This document shows, piece after piece, positions 40,399-53,300 of a stretch of 64,000 nt of DNA. The DNA is from Eledone cirrhosa (lineage: Eukaryota). Location of the stretch: contig OZ024740.1 of the NCBI GenBank assembly GCA_964016885.1, positions 312,728,001 to 312,792,000 of the forward strand. Direction: 5' to 3'. Numbering within the stretch: position 1 is the first letter of the stretch; every line of letters starts with the position of its first letter. Below the pieces are notes generated by a model. That model saw only the letters and a program-made list of their open reading frames with translations. It was not told the origin of the DNA and searched no databases. Both the position numbers and the translations under genes were made by a program.

Positions 40399-41340
40399 AT
40401 GTTTAATGCCTTAACAAAGTTTGCCAATTTCCTGTGGAAAGAAGATGCTCCTCGACGCCAGTCCTTCAGCAGTTCAGTTGATGGTGTAGTAGTACGTTCC
40501 CATAGCTGGGAGAGGACCAAATCCTGTGAGGAGAATACTCGTAGTTTTACTGGTTACATCACTAACCTGTTTGGAAGTCATGGCTTGATAGATGGTGATG
40601 TATATTTCTCATATAATGTCGTTGTTGGAAGTCAACGGCCACATGAAGGTAATGAAGTATCTGTTATAGCCAGTCGTCAACATCGTGAAGGTGGCTGGTA
40701 TGCTGACCAAGTAACTATACTAAAACAATGGACTGAAGAAAACGATTCAGGTAACATTTGTGTTCAACCAGCATGGACTCACCCTGTCAGCTGGAATATG
40801 TAATCTATATATAATATAAAAGAAAGATTGTTTATTGGTTGGTTGGTTGAATCACACAAAAACTACACACACACACACACACACACACAGACATGCGCAT
40901 GCACACGCACAAATACATACACACACATCTAAAGAGAGAGAAACAGAGGGAGAGGCAGAAAAAGAGAGATAGGCCATTATAGAGAGAGAAATACAATTAA
41001 AGTGTTAGATATTCAGAGAGAGAGACATCCCACGAAAGTATCAGTTGAAAGTTTAACAGTCTTTGATTTTACAGAACAAAGAAAAATTGATACTATTTGA
41101 AATTAATCTACCCTCCAGCTTTTATTAATATACTACTTACAGTCCATACATACAAAGCAACACTTCAGAAGCAATGTTATGTGGTATATTGCTGTGTTTC
41201 AGATGATGTCTTTTGGAGCTGAAAAAGGTCATACTGACTATGGTTATTTCACATTTAAAATCCAAGGCCAATGCTACCATTTAATTGGCAGTTTACTCCC
41301 CCAGCCCAATAAGGAAGTTTTATGATTGTTTTTTTTTATG

Positions 41341-41372
<32 letters not shown>

Positions 41373-44300
41373 ATTACAGTCTCACCTCATACCAGACAAC
41401 ACATTCAGTACAGTCGTTTTCTTTTATCCGTCTTCTCGTAACTGTTCTCCTGGGCGTAGCCGGGTACCTCAGTTAGTAGAGTTATAAAGTAACCAAATGT
41501 TTGTGGATATATGTGTGTGTATATATATGTACTGTTAACATCATTTTTATATCCATTAATTTTTCTATGCTGGCATATGTTATATATTTTTTACTCGCAT
41601 TTTATAATTTGATAAATAGCTCTGATTAATTGATTATTTTAATTCTTTTGATTATTTTAACTCTTTCTGTCAGTGAGCAAAACTGGTTAAGGCAGGCGCC
41701 ACACACACAAATATACCTATGTATCTGTGTAGGTATCTCATTACTATATATATATATTGGCGTTATGCACTAATGCAGAAGCCCTGCCTTCCCATGAGCA
41801 AGGTTGAAGCATACATCTAGAATGCACTACTTTCCCTTCCACCCCACACCCCTTCCCCCTCTTATGAATGGCTTCTCTTGGAATAGTTCAGAATATGTAT
41901 GAAAGAGGGATAAAATTTGTATCAGAATTGGCAGAGGCTTCATTAAAAATTTAGTTTACAGGGGAGTTTCAACCAAGAATGTCCTCTACTGTCTTCATCT
42001 TTGTCATTGAGATAGCTGCACTGGAATTTGGACTAGATGTTTATGGGAACTTTTGAATGTTGACAACTTGGTTCTCATTGTGAAATTTTGAAGAACTGCA
42101 TAATTTTGATGTGTTAATGATCGGCTTCTAATTGTTCCCAAACCCCAAAAGTCTAAAAATTAACATGATCACCATTATGTGTCTGCCATGAAATGTATTA
42201 GTGAAGACTTGCGGGGAAAATTGGGCTTCTAAACTATCTAATCTACAAGATGTTATTGCTATGACTTATTTTTCTAAATATAATTCTTTTTTTTTTTGTA
42301 GATCATTCTGATGATAGCAACGAGTCTGGATCTGTTTCTAATGGATTATTGAGAGAGTTAGCACCCGGTGTGGGCACAATTACACAATGTCATCTTGGGG
42401 AAGGATTAATAAATGAGGATATACCATTTAAAATAGAGAACTGTATCAAAGGTTACATACCTGAAATGGGTGACTGGGTAACTGTTGACCTCCGAGAAAA
42501 CAAGGGTGAAGTAGTGGCATTTGATGTGCAACCACTTCGACAACAACAGTTCACTAGTGAAATAAGTGCTGTACTTCGAGATCATGGTTACATCAAGAAA
42601 GATATATTCTTTTACCTCAAATCCTGTGTTGATGGATATAAGCCACAGTGTAAAGATCAGGTCTGTTGTACAGCCATCGAAAGTAAACAAGGAAAATGTA
42701 ATTGGAGAGCTACTTCTGTGTCTCGTCTACCACGGAATCCACCCAGGTAAGTTGCAGTTTTGTTTTCTGATAAGCTTCCTGATGTAATCACAAACAAATA
42801 TCATCATCATTGTAAAATGATGATGATGATGATGAATGTATGTTTGTCACTATATGCCACTAAATGCAAGAATTCAAGCTATCTGCTTTCATATTACTAC
42901 CTGGCCTAAGTGTGTACTGGGGATATGCCACTGATGATGATTCCAACTGCCAATGCAGGCAATTACAAACTATGGAGCACCTTCTAGTTTGCCCCAATCT
43001 TTAAGATGCACTCTTAATGACCTTGAAACCTTAACACCCCAGACAAGGCTCTGTGTGAATTCAGAGCAATCTATACTATAATAAAGTAAGGAGTGCAGGA
43101 CTGCGTACGGTTTATTTCGTTTATCCAGTTAGTAAAATAAGTTGGATTACTTTGAAGAAATAATTAATGAATATTACATAATTTATGTACTAAATTTCGT
43201 AATTTTTGATAAATTTAATATAAATAATTTTATTGCTTATTTAAAATTGACTTCTTTTCAAAGTTTCAAATTTCTACACTTCCGGTATATTGTTGCCACC
43301 ACCACCACTTCAACTACCATATATATAGAAAGAGAGAGTGTGTGATGAGAGAGATATAGAGAGATAGTGATTATGATTTTCTACAAACTGACGCATATGT
43401 GTGTATGTGCACATACATACATCAAGATGTATGAGTATATAACTATAATCGCGCAAACACAAACTTATAAAGATACACGCTCACGGACATACATTCACAC
43501 ATATACATTTACACAAACATATATTCAGACATATACATTTACATAAACACACACATACAGTCATGATAGCAGCATTCGATGAATTGGAAATGGGAGTGTA
43601 AAATGAAATACAACTTTTTATTTATTTATTAACACAGTTTAACTCTTTAAAAAAAAAAAACTCATTTGTATAAAAATTTGATATAATGGTTACAGAACGA
43701 AAACACTAACAAATATAATATATACAAAGGAAATAAAAAAAAGAAAGAGAAAAAAATACACAAGCACGTAATACACACATCTTAGATCACATAGAACAAA
43801 ATGCAGGCGAAAGATTGGAAAAACGAGACGCTATCAGAGCAACAGATAACAATATAGGGAGGGGCATTGGGAAACCTCTCTAATAATTTTTGAGGCAAGC
43901 TCACAGCGTCACCTGGGGGTGATGGCGAGGCTGAGGTGCTGGAACAACCAAGTGCCCTCACGAGATCACCTGTAACCTCTGTTTGGTGAGCCGCCAGTGA
44001 AGATAAGAACCTCGCTGTCAGTAGCCCGACTCCCCCAAACGGCACAGACTGGATAATGTAGTTAGCTGACAGAACACAGTATTTTAGGATTTTGTTCCGT
44101 TCCGCTGCGGATGCTGTAACTCTTGCCCTTACTGCTGCATCCGGGATGTGGGAAGAAGCAAAAGAGTCACTAACTCTGTTGTCCCAGGTAAGGCATCTGC
44201 CTCTTGACCAGGAGCACAGAGTAAGACCGTCAAGTCTTTTCCCATCAATTCTGGACAACCCAGGCAGTTCCAAAATTGAGAGGATGTTTGCCCGGGCCAA

Positions 44301-47300
44301 AGCTCTTAAGTGGTAATAGGACAGTATGTGTGTGTGTGTGTGCCACTGTTTTTAAGTTAGACATATATGTGTGTATCCGTTTCCTTCCTTTTACACACAG
44401 AAGTCCCTCAAATTTATATACATGTGAATGGAGTTCTACTGAAGCAGTTAGAGAAGTTCAAGTATCTTGGAGCCGTATTCATGAGTGATGGAATGCAGGT
44501 AGCTGAATTAAGTGCAAGAATTGCAAAAGCTGATGCAGTAATGTGCCAGCCTCAGCAATCAGAAGGTGGGTAGGTGTAAAAGCCAAACTCGCTGTCTTCC
44601 TGGTATTCCTGCCAACTCTTACCGAGGATCATGAATCTTGAGTAATGACCAAAAGTATACAATTGCAAATAAAAGCGGCAGAAATGGGATTCCTCCGAAG
44701 GGTCTTTGGAGTAACGTTACTCGATAAAGTACATAACTCAGAGACCAGAGAGTTACTCTTGGTAGAGCCAATACTTCTCTGAATTGAGAGATCACAACTC
44801 TGATATTATGAGCATGTGGTTAGAATGTCTCAGTAAAGAATTGCTGGACACATTTTACTGGCAAAACCAACTGGCAAGAGACCTAGAGGTAGAGCCTGAG
44901 CAAGACAGTTGGATAACATCTATGAGTTTGGCTGGTCACGCTTTGGGATCCAGCTGGATCAGTTAGAGATGTTTGCTTCTGACAGACTCGCTGGAAGGAG
45001 TGTTTGAGAAGGACTCTGCCCCCACGACCCTCTCAGAAATAAGTGGGCGAAGAAGAAGATATTGTCAATTTATATATATATATATATATTTGCGTATAAT
45101 ACCAATATGCACACTACAAATGCTAACAGAAAACCGCCCGCTGGCGGTTTTTCTGTTAGTAATGATAATTATGAGTAAGTTGAAATATATAATTCTAATA
45201 GTTTAGATGCTTAATGTATAATATACAGCTTATTCTGTTGTCTTACATAAGTTTAGCTTGATGGAGTCACTTTGAATGGCTTACCCGAACAGCCTCAGAA
45301 ATTATGAGAGTTGGCTGAAAAGTACATAGGCTGACCAAGATACTCTCATGGAATGACCAAATGAGGTTTATTTTTCAACATAGTCCCTGAAAAGAAACAA
45401 TGTAGTTATTAAGCAGAAGAGTTGAAATTAATGGATGCAAGATTTCACAGCTCTAGCATCACTCCTTTATAGGCTGAGAAGTTCATAGGCTGATCAAGAT
45501 ACTCTCGCAGAATAACCAAATGAGGTTTATTTTTCTTTCCAAGAAAGAAACAATGCAGTTATTAATAAGAAGAGTTGAAGTTAATGCAAGATTTCACAGC
45601 TCTAGCATCATTCTTCCATATCAGCCTCTGAATTTTTCAGCGAACTCTCATATCTATTTGTATGTGTCTATGAAAAGTTTTTAGGCTGACCAATGGAATG
45701 ACCAAATGAGTTGTATTTTTCACCATCGTCCCTAGAAAGAAACAATACAGTTATTAAGAAGAGTTGAAATTAATGCATGCAAGATTTCACAGCTCTAGCA
45801 TCACTCCTTCATATCAGCCTATGAACTTTTCAGCTGACCTTCGTACAAAAGATCATCTGCATGTAGCTGGTCTGTTAAATCTTATTATATTGAACTGTTT
45901 TTCATTGGTTCTTAACTGTTTCTGCTTGCAGCCAATTTGAAAGTGCTTCACACAGCAACTATCTTGGTGATTTGCTCAGAGATAAAGAAGGAATCCTCAT
46001 CAGTGGAATTTCTGATTTTGGTAAGATGTCTAAAGATGAAAGCAAGGTTCTCACATTGTGGATCCGAAACAATGGTAACCACCCTCAGACCCTACTTGAA
46101 ATTCAGCTACCTACTGAAGAATGCCAGTTCCATGTAAATCGTCTGAAGGTGGTTAAAGAATTGATGGCCAGCTCTAAATCAGTTTCAGGTGCCAGAGAGG
46201 TGAAAGGTCCACTGGTTCTCCAATCTCAGATGGCTGCCTATGTAAATATATCCTGTTCTACCAAGTAAGATATTTCTACTGTGTTCAGTTCTGTTGTTTT
46301 ATTGTTTTGTAGTCCAAAGGTAGAACAGACTTCAAATATTGGAGTAGCTTGTAAAAACATATTTATTTCTATAGTTTATGCATCATTATCTATAAAAGGC
46401 AGATTGTTGTTGTTGTTGTGTGTGTGCATGTTCCATCTTTATACATTTTCACAATTTCAAACCGATTCGACTCAAAATCTGTAAGAATGTGGGTAAATGG
46501 TCCAACTTAGGTCAACGACTATTTATTTCATTCAAACTCACCCACAATTACGGAAATAATTGATAAAACTAAATGCATGATGCTGTACCCCTCTAATACA
46601 ATCAGATTTCCTCTCTCTACTCCCCTTCAGAGAAAGTTGCATGTATGTAGTTTTATCAAATAGATAATGATGATGATTAAACTTACAAACTTTAAGAGAG
46701 AGAGAGGGAGAGAGAGAACGTTTGTTTTTGAGTGTGGAACGGTCAAACATTTATTTACTTCAATGACAAAGAGAACTTATTACATTTCATACGAAACAAC
46801 AATTATTCAAAAGCAACAGATAAATTTATTCAACAACAAAAAAAAATAGCGATAAATCTTTTTTAAAACATCTATCAACGAACGTGGAAGAAAGAAGTAT
46901 CAGTTCATTTACTATCATCATTTTACGTCCGCTTTTCCCTGCTTGCAAGGGTGGGATGGGAACTGATTCTGGCTTGATTTCTACAGCTGGATGGCCTTCC
47001 TAACACCAACCTCATTTACAGTGAGTGCTGGGTGCTTTTTTGCCGTGGCACCTACACGACCACTTTGCAGTGGAATGATAGGGACCCCAGTCCCTATCAT
47101 CTTATTTCTACAGCTGAGTAAACTGGAGCAATGTGAAATAAAGTGTCTTGCTCAAGGAAACAACACATCACCCGGTCTGAGAATTGAACTCACAACCTTT
47201 CGATTGCAAGCCCAATGCTCTAACCACTAAGCCATGTGCCTCCATTACTATACACAATAATATCCTCTATGAGGTCACTAAACCCGCTAGAAACAGCAGC

Positions 47301-50300
47301 TAACTCTCCCCCATATCACACCACTCCCTACTGTCTTAAATTTAGAAAACATATCCTCTATGAGGTCACTAAACCTGCTAGAAACAGCAGCTAACTCTCC
47401 CCCATATTCAAAAGCAACAGATAAATTTATTCAACAACAAAAAAAATAGCGATAAATCTTTTTTAAAACATCTATCAACGAACGTGGAAGAAAGAAGTAT
47501 CAGTTCATTTACTATACACAATAATATCCTCTATGTGGTCACTAAACCTGCTAGAAACAGCAGCTAACTCTCCCCCATATCACACCACTCTCTACTGACT
47601 TAAATTTAGAAAACATATCCTCTATGAGGTCACTAAACTTGCTAAAAACAGCAGCTAACTCTCCCCCATATCACACCCCTCCCTACTGTCTTAAATTTAG
47701 AAAACACACATTAGACAACCATGCAGAACAACTCCATCGCAGCTCTGTTGTTCAGCTGGCATCGTCTACGCACGTGTTGCGCAAGTACTGTGAAACAATA
47801 AATTTCAACACTTCTTTGCACAGAGATAATATCCATAGGCGAAACTACAATTGTCACTGCTGGCGCAGCTCCTGCTTCGGCAGTCCAGGCCTGCAATTCA
47901 TTCACCCAGTGCCTGGCAGACAAAAAAGTGCTGCAATAAAATGGGTGGTGCAACCTAACTTTGGTAACTTACTGAACCCAAGTAACGCTGGGCTTTAATG
48001 CTAGTTTAGTTATATACTTCTGTTAAAATTAGTAAATAACTTGTTATTCAGTTGGAATAAATAATATTCAGTTTCTTTACGAAACTGTAACAAATGGATA
48101 TTTGTGCATTATATGTGTATGTATGTGTCATAGTGTGTGCATCTGTACGTATGTGTGTGAATTTGTGTCTGAATATATGTGTGTGTGTGTGTGTGTAAAT
48201 TTACTCTTACAGCACACACTTAAACTGTTCTTTATAATATCCCATAACTGGTTTTATCCACTATCATCAGTCTTATATGTATACACACACAAACAGTGAT
48301 AGATAGATAGAGAGAAAGAGAGTCAGACAGATAAATCTCGTTGGCAGAAAATGTTAACATGACTGGTTTGGGCTTGGTTTTTATGGTTGGATGCCGTTCC
48401 TAAAACCAACAACAATTACTGTGTGGACTGGGGACTTTTTGTTGTAACACCAACATGACCACTTTACAGTGTGGGCTGGGGGGATTTTTGTCATGTCACC
48501 TACACAACCACTTTACAGTGTGGACTGGAAACTTTGGTAGGGGGATTGGGGTGGGAGGTAGATTTTGGGGGCGTGTGTGAGGGGATGGGGTGAGTTCAGG
48601 CATGGGTGGAGTATTAGGACAGGGGATGTGCAAAAGAGGGAAAGACGTGGACAGGAGAGGGTGTTAGGGTGTATGGAAGGAGGAAAGGGAAAGCTACATC
48701 AATGTCAGAAAGTAGACTTCTGTGATGATGAAGATGACAATACTAATTTATTTTAAATTATTCTTTGGTGAGAACTACCTTGACTTCAAAGTTTTCTTTC
48801 TATCTATTTGTCATTTACTACATTATCACATTGTCTTTTCTTTTACAGATTTATTGGAAACCACAAAGTCTTACTAGTCTTCAGGTTTGACAAGTTTCGA
48901 ATTGGACGACATCTTACTGTAACTGTAATTGATCCCTATCAAAATTACATGCCTCAGCAGTCCCCGTTGACACAGGGCTCACAGGAAAGGAAGTCCCCTT
49001 TCACTCGTTTCAAAGAGTCGGTAGATCAAGGCTGGGTTATTCCTGGTGAAAAATTGTCACGGTATTAAACTCAATTTTGTTGCTCTTCACTTTAGGGTAA
49101 TAAGTTGTGACTTCATAAAATACTTAATAATTAATAAATGATGACATACATGATGTAAACTCTATGTAGTTGCCCGATATGCTAAAAATAGCAACCAAAT
49201 CACCCACAAGTGATTCCCAGTGTCTCAAATAAGGAAATAACATTAATAAATGGTATATTCTTATTGAATGATTAAGGGGTTAGTCTCAGGAGTTCAAACA
49301 TATTTCTTTCTCTTTGAACAAAACATCTTATTTGGATAAATTGGTCAGTCTAGTTTAATCAACTGTAGAAATTAGTTGTGACGTCACTGGTGCCAATTGC
49401 CTTTCCCTTGGACAATATTAGTGGCGTGGAGAGAGAGGAGACTGGTATGCATGGGCAAGTACCTCAGAGGAGAACTTTCTCGGTGCAAATCCCATGGTCA
49501 TTCATGACCGAAGGTGGTCTTTACCCTTGGTCTGTCTAGCTGGTAGACTGATGGAATAATTGTGGTTAGGAAGGACCATCTGATTCATGTATGTATGGAG
49601 AAAGATATGGCCCCTAAAAGCAGTTGGTTTCTGACTTGGGAGCAACTAACAAGGGCTTGAATGCAGCTTACTTAACTCTAACTGAACCTAAATAGGGGAA
49701 TACAATTGGTTACAGTAATTGACTAAATGTTTATGTTGGCTTTCTTAACTTGCATTGATAGTCTTTCTACTTTGATTGGACACTGATCATGAGGAAATGT
49801 GTGTGTGTATCTGCATGTCATAAACAGCAACTAAAAGGGTTGGTGTCATGAAGGGCATTCAACTGTAAAACATTCTTATAACATCTTGTCAAACTCGTAC
49901 CAGCATGGAAAAATGGACATGAAAACGATGATGGTGTGTGTGTGTGTGAGCATGAACCTGGATTAGTGAGTTGATAGATGTATTGAGCCATCAGTTAAGA
50001 AGTTAGTGGGTCAAACTCTCACTGATATTATTTTATGTCGGTGGCTAATACATAATTGTCAAGTTGCCCAACCCAATGGAACTGTAAAAAAGTATCATGG
50101 TGAAAGAGTATTGTAATATTGCTGTTTTTGTTAGCTACCATTACAGTGTTCAGTTCCTCCTGTTGGTGTAATTTAGGTATTGATAACCCTTGTCAAGTTA
50201 CTCTAGAAATGGACTTTGTTGGTTATGGTATATAATCAACATTTTTTAATAATTTAGCACAAAATATATTAGTTATAATAATGTTTTAATAATTTATCAC

Positions 50301-53300
50301 AAAATATATTGGTTATAGTACATAACTAACATATTTTAATAATTTATCATAACCAATATATTATTTAATAATTTATATATGTGCAGAGAATTAGGAACAC
50401 ATGACTGATATTGGTTATACACACTTGGCAGGTTCTGAATATAAAAGTGGTAGAATTTACTTTTCAAGGTCCCCTCTAATCATTAGTGTTGAAGGATTCC
50501 TTTCAAAATCTAAAGGGCTACTCTTGGGTCCCAAATAATAGATGGCTGTGTGTGTGGAATAAGTGGAGGGTTGGAAAATCGGTAATTTTTCTAGGTTGTC
50601 ATGATTGAATTTAAAAAAACAGAATTAGTAATTTAGTTTACATATTGAAACCCCAACCCATCCTATTTATTTTGTAATGTATGGGATTTCTAGTAATGTA
50701 CTTTTTTTGTCATATATGTTTTTTAATGGCTAAAGAAAATTAATTGTTGCAGGAATTCTACCACTTAAAATAACATTTTGCTGGAGATAGATTAGCAAAA
50801 TTTAACAAGCAGGGGTAGGTTGGGGGAGGGGTGAAATAAGAGCAAGAGTTTGGAAAAAATCTGCAAAATTAATGTGTGTGTATGGGGGGGAATGATTATT
50901 TGAGACCTAAGAGTACATGTTTTAGTATTGTTCACCTTTAGTGTGTGTGTGTGTGTGTGTATGCGCAATCCTACCCCCACACTCCCACACACACTATCCT
51001 TGAAAGTATTAGTTATGTTAGGAATGATTTTTAAACCTGTTTCTACTTGAAGGTTTCCAAAACAGCAGATGCCAAAAAAACTTGGCCAGTATCGTGTTCC
51101 ACAAGAAATCCGAAATGCCATTATTAATTCTGATGAGATCCGAGAAGTTTTTCCAATTATAGAAGAAGTAAGTAATTAGTATGTTTCAATAAATATCGAT
51201 TATATTGATTATTAGAGTTCCCCTGAAAACATTTGACCCCTTTTGATACCAACCTGGCTAAACCTGGCCCTGGTTCTATGAAAGAAAACCACTCAGTTCA
51301 AACGATTCCTATATAAATTTACTGTATATGCTCAAATATAAGCTGAGGAATATGTTACCAAAAAATCGATGGTAAAATGGGGAGGGGGGATTGGCTCATA
51401 TACGCCATTTAAGCAATGTGTTGATTAGTTGCCTTGGCTTATAAGCAGGGTTTGGAGTTTTTGTCTATTTCTCAGACATAGAATAGTGGGGTTGGCTTAT
51501 ATTCAGATTGTCTTATATTCGAGTATATACAGTATATCTTCCAATATGATATTATACAAGCACTATATTTTAAGTTATTATATTAGGAATAAAATAATTA
51601 ATCATTTGAGTAAATCTTTCAAAATTCTGAACTGGTGAAGGTGTTGTTATAAAGTTAACACTGAACTGATGAGGGTTTTTATAGTTAACACTGAACTGGT
51701 AAAGGTGTTGTTAGAGTTAACACTGAACTGGTGAAGGTGTTGTTATAAAGTTAACACTGAACTGATGAGGGTTTTTATAGTTAACACTGAACTGGTAAAG
51801 GTGTTGTTAGAGTTAACACTGAACTGGTGAAGGTGTTGTTAGAGTTAATACTGGACTGGGGATACAGTTTTAATTTGTTTCTGTTTATGTCACTTATTTT
51901 CTCCTAGACACTCTGCTATGAGAATTATGATGCCAAATTCTCTTCAATGCTGTACCTGGAGGAGATTCAGTTAGATATTGATATCAGAACATTTGACTTA
52001 GAACAGGTAAGACTTATTTAAACATTTTTGCAGCATTCTTGTTGTTGACCCCCAAGCAGATTTAACATCAAAAGCATTCCTGCCATTACTATTCCATCTT
52101 TATTTTTTTTCAGGCATAAGATACCTTTGTACTAAATTATCTTTTTTAAGACAGTAGGGTGTGTCTTTTGAGGGAAATATTGTTGCTAATTCTAGCCAGT
52201 TGAGCAACTGTATAGAGGCTACTGAGATAACTGTGACATGATCGCGGCTAAAATATTCATAGTGAGACTCTTGTATGTATATTATACACTATGACGGGTG
52301 TGTCATTATGCAAAAGAATGACCATCTATCGCCAACAAATCCAAGACGTAAACACAAGAAAAATCCCCTTAAGTAGCCACATTGAAGATTGTGCAGGAAT
52401 GACCCTACCAAACTTTAAAATCTTCCCCTTTACAAGTGCCCTGATTCTTTCACTCAACAACAAAGAATAAATAAAGAAAAACTATTTATTAAAAATTTAA
52501 ACCAAAATTAAATATGTAATAACCCCCATTAGATTCTCTCTCACGCACGCAAGCACGCTGGCACGCATGCACGTAAAATAAGAGAAATAATTGATCATAC
52601 ACATATTTTCTAAAAATTCCTGATTGGAAGCCACCACTGATGTTTTGCTCTGTTTTTTAATTTCCCACCACAAAGGTACCTGTGACAGACAGGCTGAAGC
52701 ATCCCACACACATGTATTTTTTTATATATACACTCTCACACGTACACACTCACACTCTCTAAAACCATATTCCAAAGATAGAATTTCTTTTACAACCCTA
52801 CTGTTGCCAATCCCATAGAATTTGCCTCTAGCTTACAATTCCCCCCTTTGCCACCCCCATCTGAACTCTTGACCAGTCCATTAACACAATTGAGATACAC
52901 ACACATATTTACAAAATATTTCCTCTGTCCCTAAAAACAATTTTGTTCTATGTGAAAAAACACAATTACTACCACTGCTGCTGCTACTATCATGACTACA
53001 CACCTATCTCTCTATACACAAGAGTTCATTTTCCAGTCTCCTTCTCAACAAGGAAGATGAAAAAACTTACCTCAACACTTAATTTTAAATCTTTAATTTT
53101 TAGGTTTTAATTCTTATTAATTCTTTTTAATTGTAATACTCAACATTTGATAAAATGAATTTTAATAATACACCGAAACCGGTTATACTTTATATACATT
53201 ATAAAACTCTTTTTTAAAAGAATTGTCCCTCTCATTTTTTCAATAATGTCACTGACGAATCAAAGAAATGAAAAAAAAGAAAAACAGACTCTTAAATATA

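Larger units (their letters stand above)
43070..45159 (+). mobile_element. Probable Helitron-like element hosting nested CRE and RTE fragments
   Basis: 5' A|TCTATACTATAATAAAG; 3' GC hairpin CCGCCCGCTGGCGG then TTAG|T. Pairing of the two ends is inferred. Confidence 0.5.

Noticed and set aside
45123-45159. Strong hairpin resembling a rho-independent terminator
   Set aside because: Eukaryotic intron; better explained as a Helitron 3' subterminal hairpin.
51130-51150. CTGATGAG...CGAGAA hammerhead-like core
   Set aside because: Lies in MOV10L1 coding exon 5; no GAAA or supporting stems.
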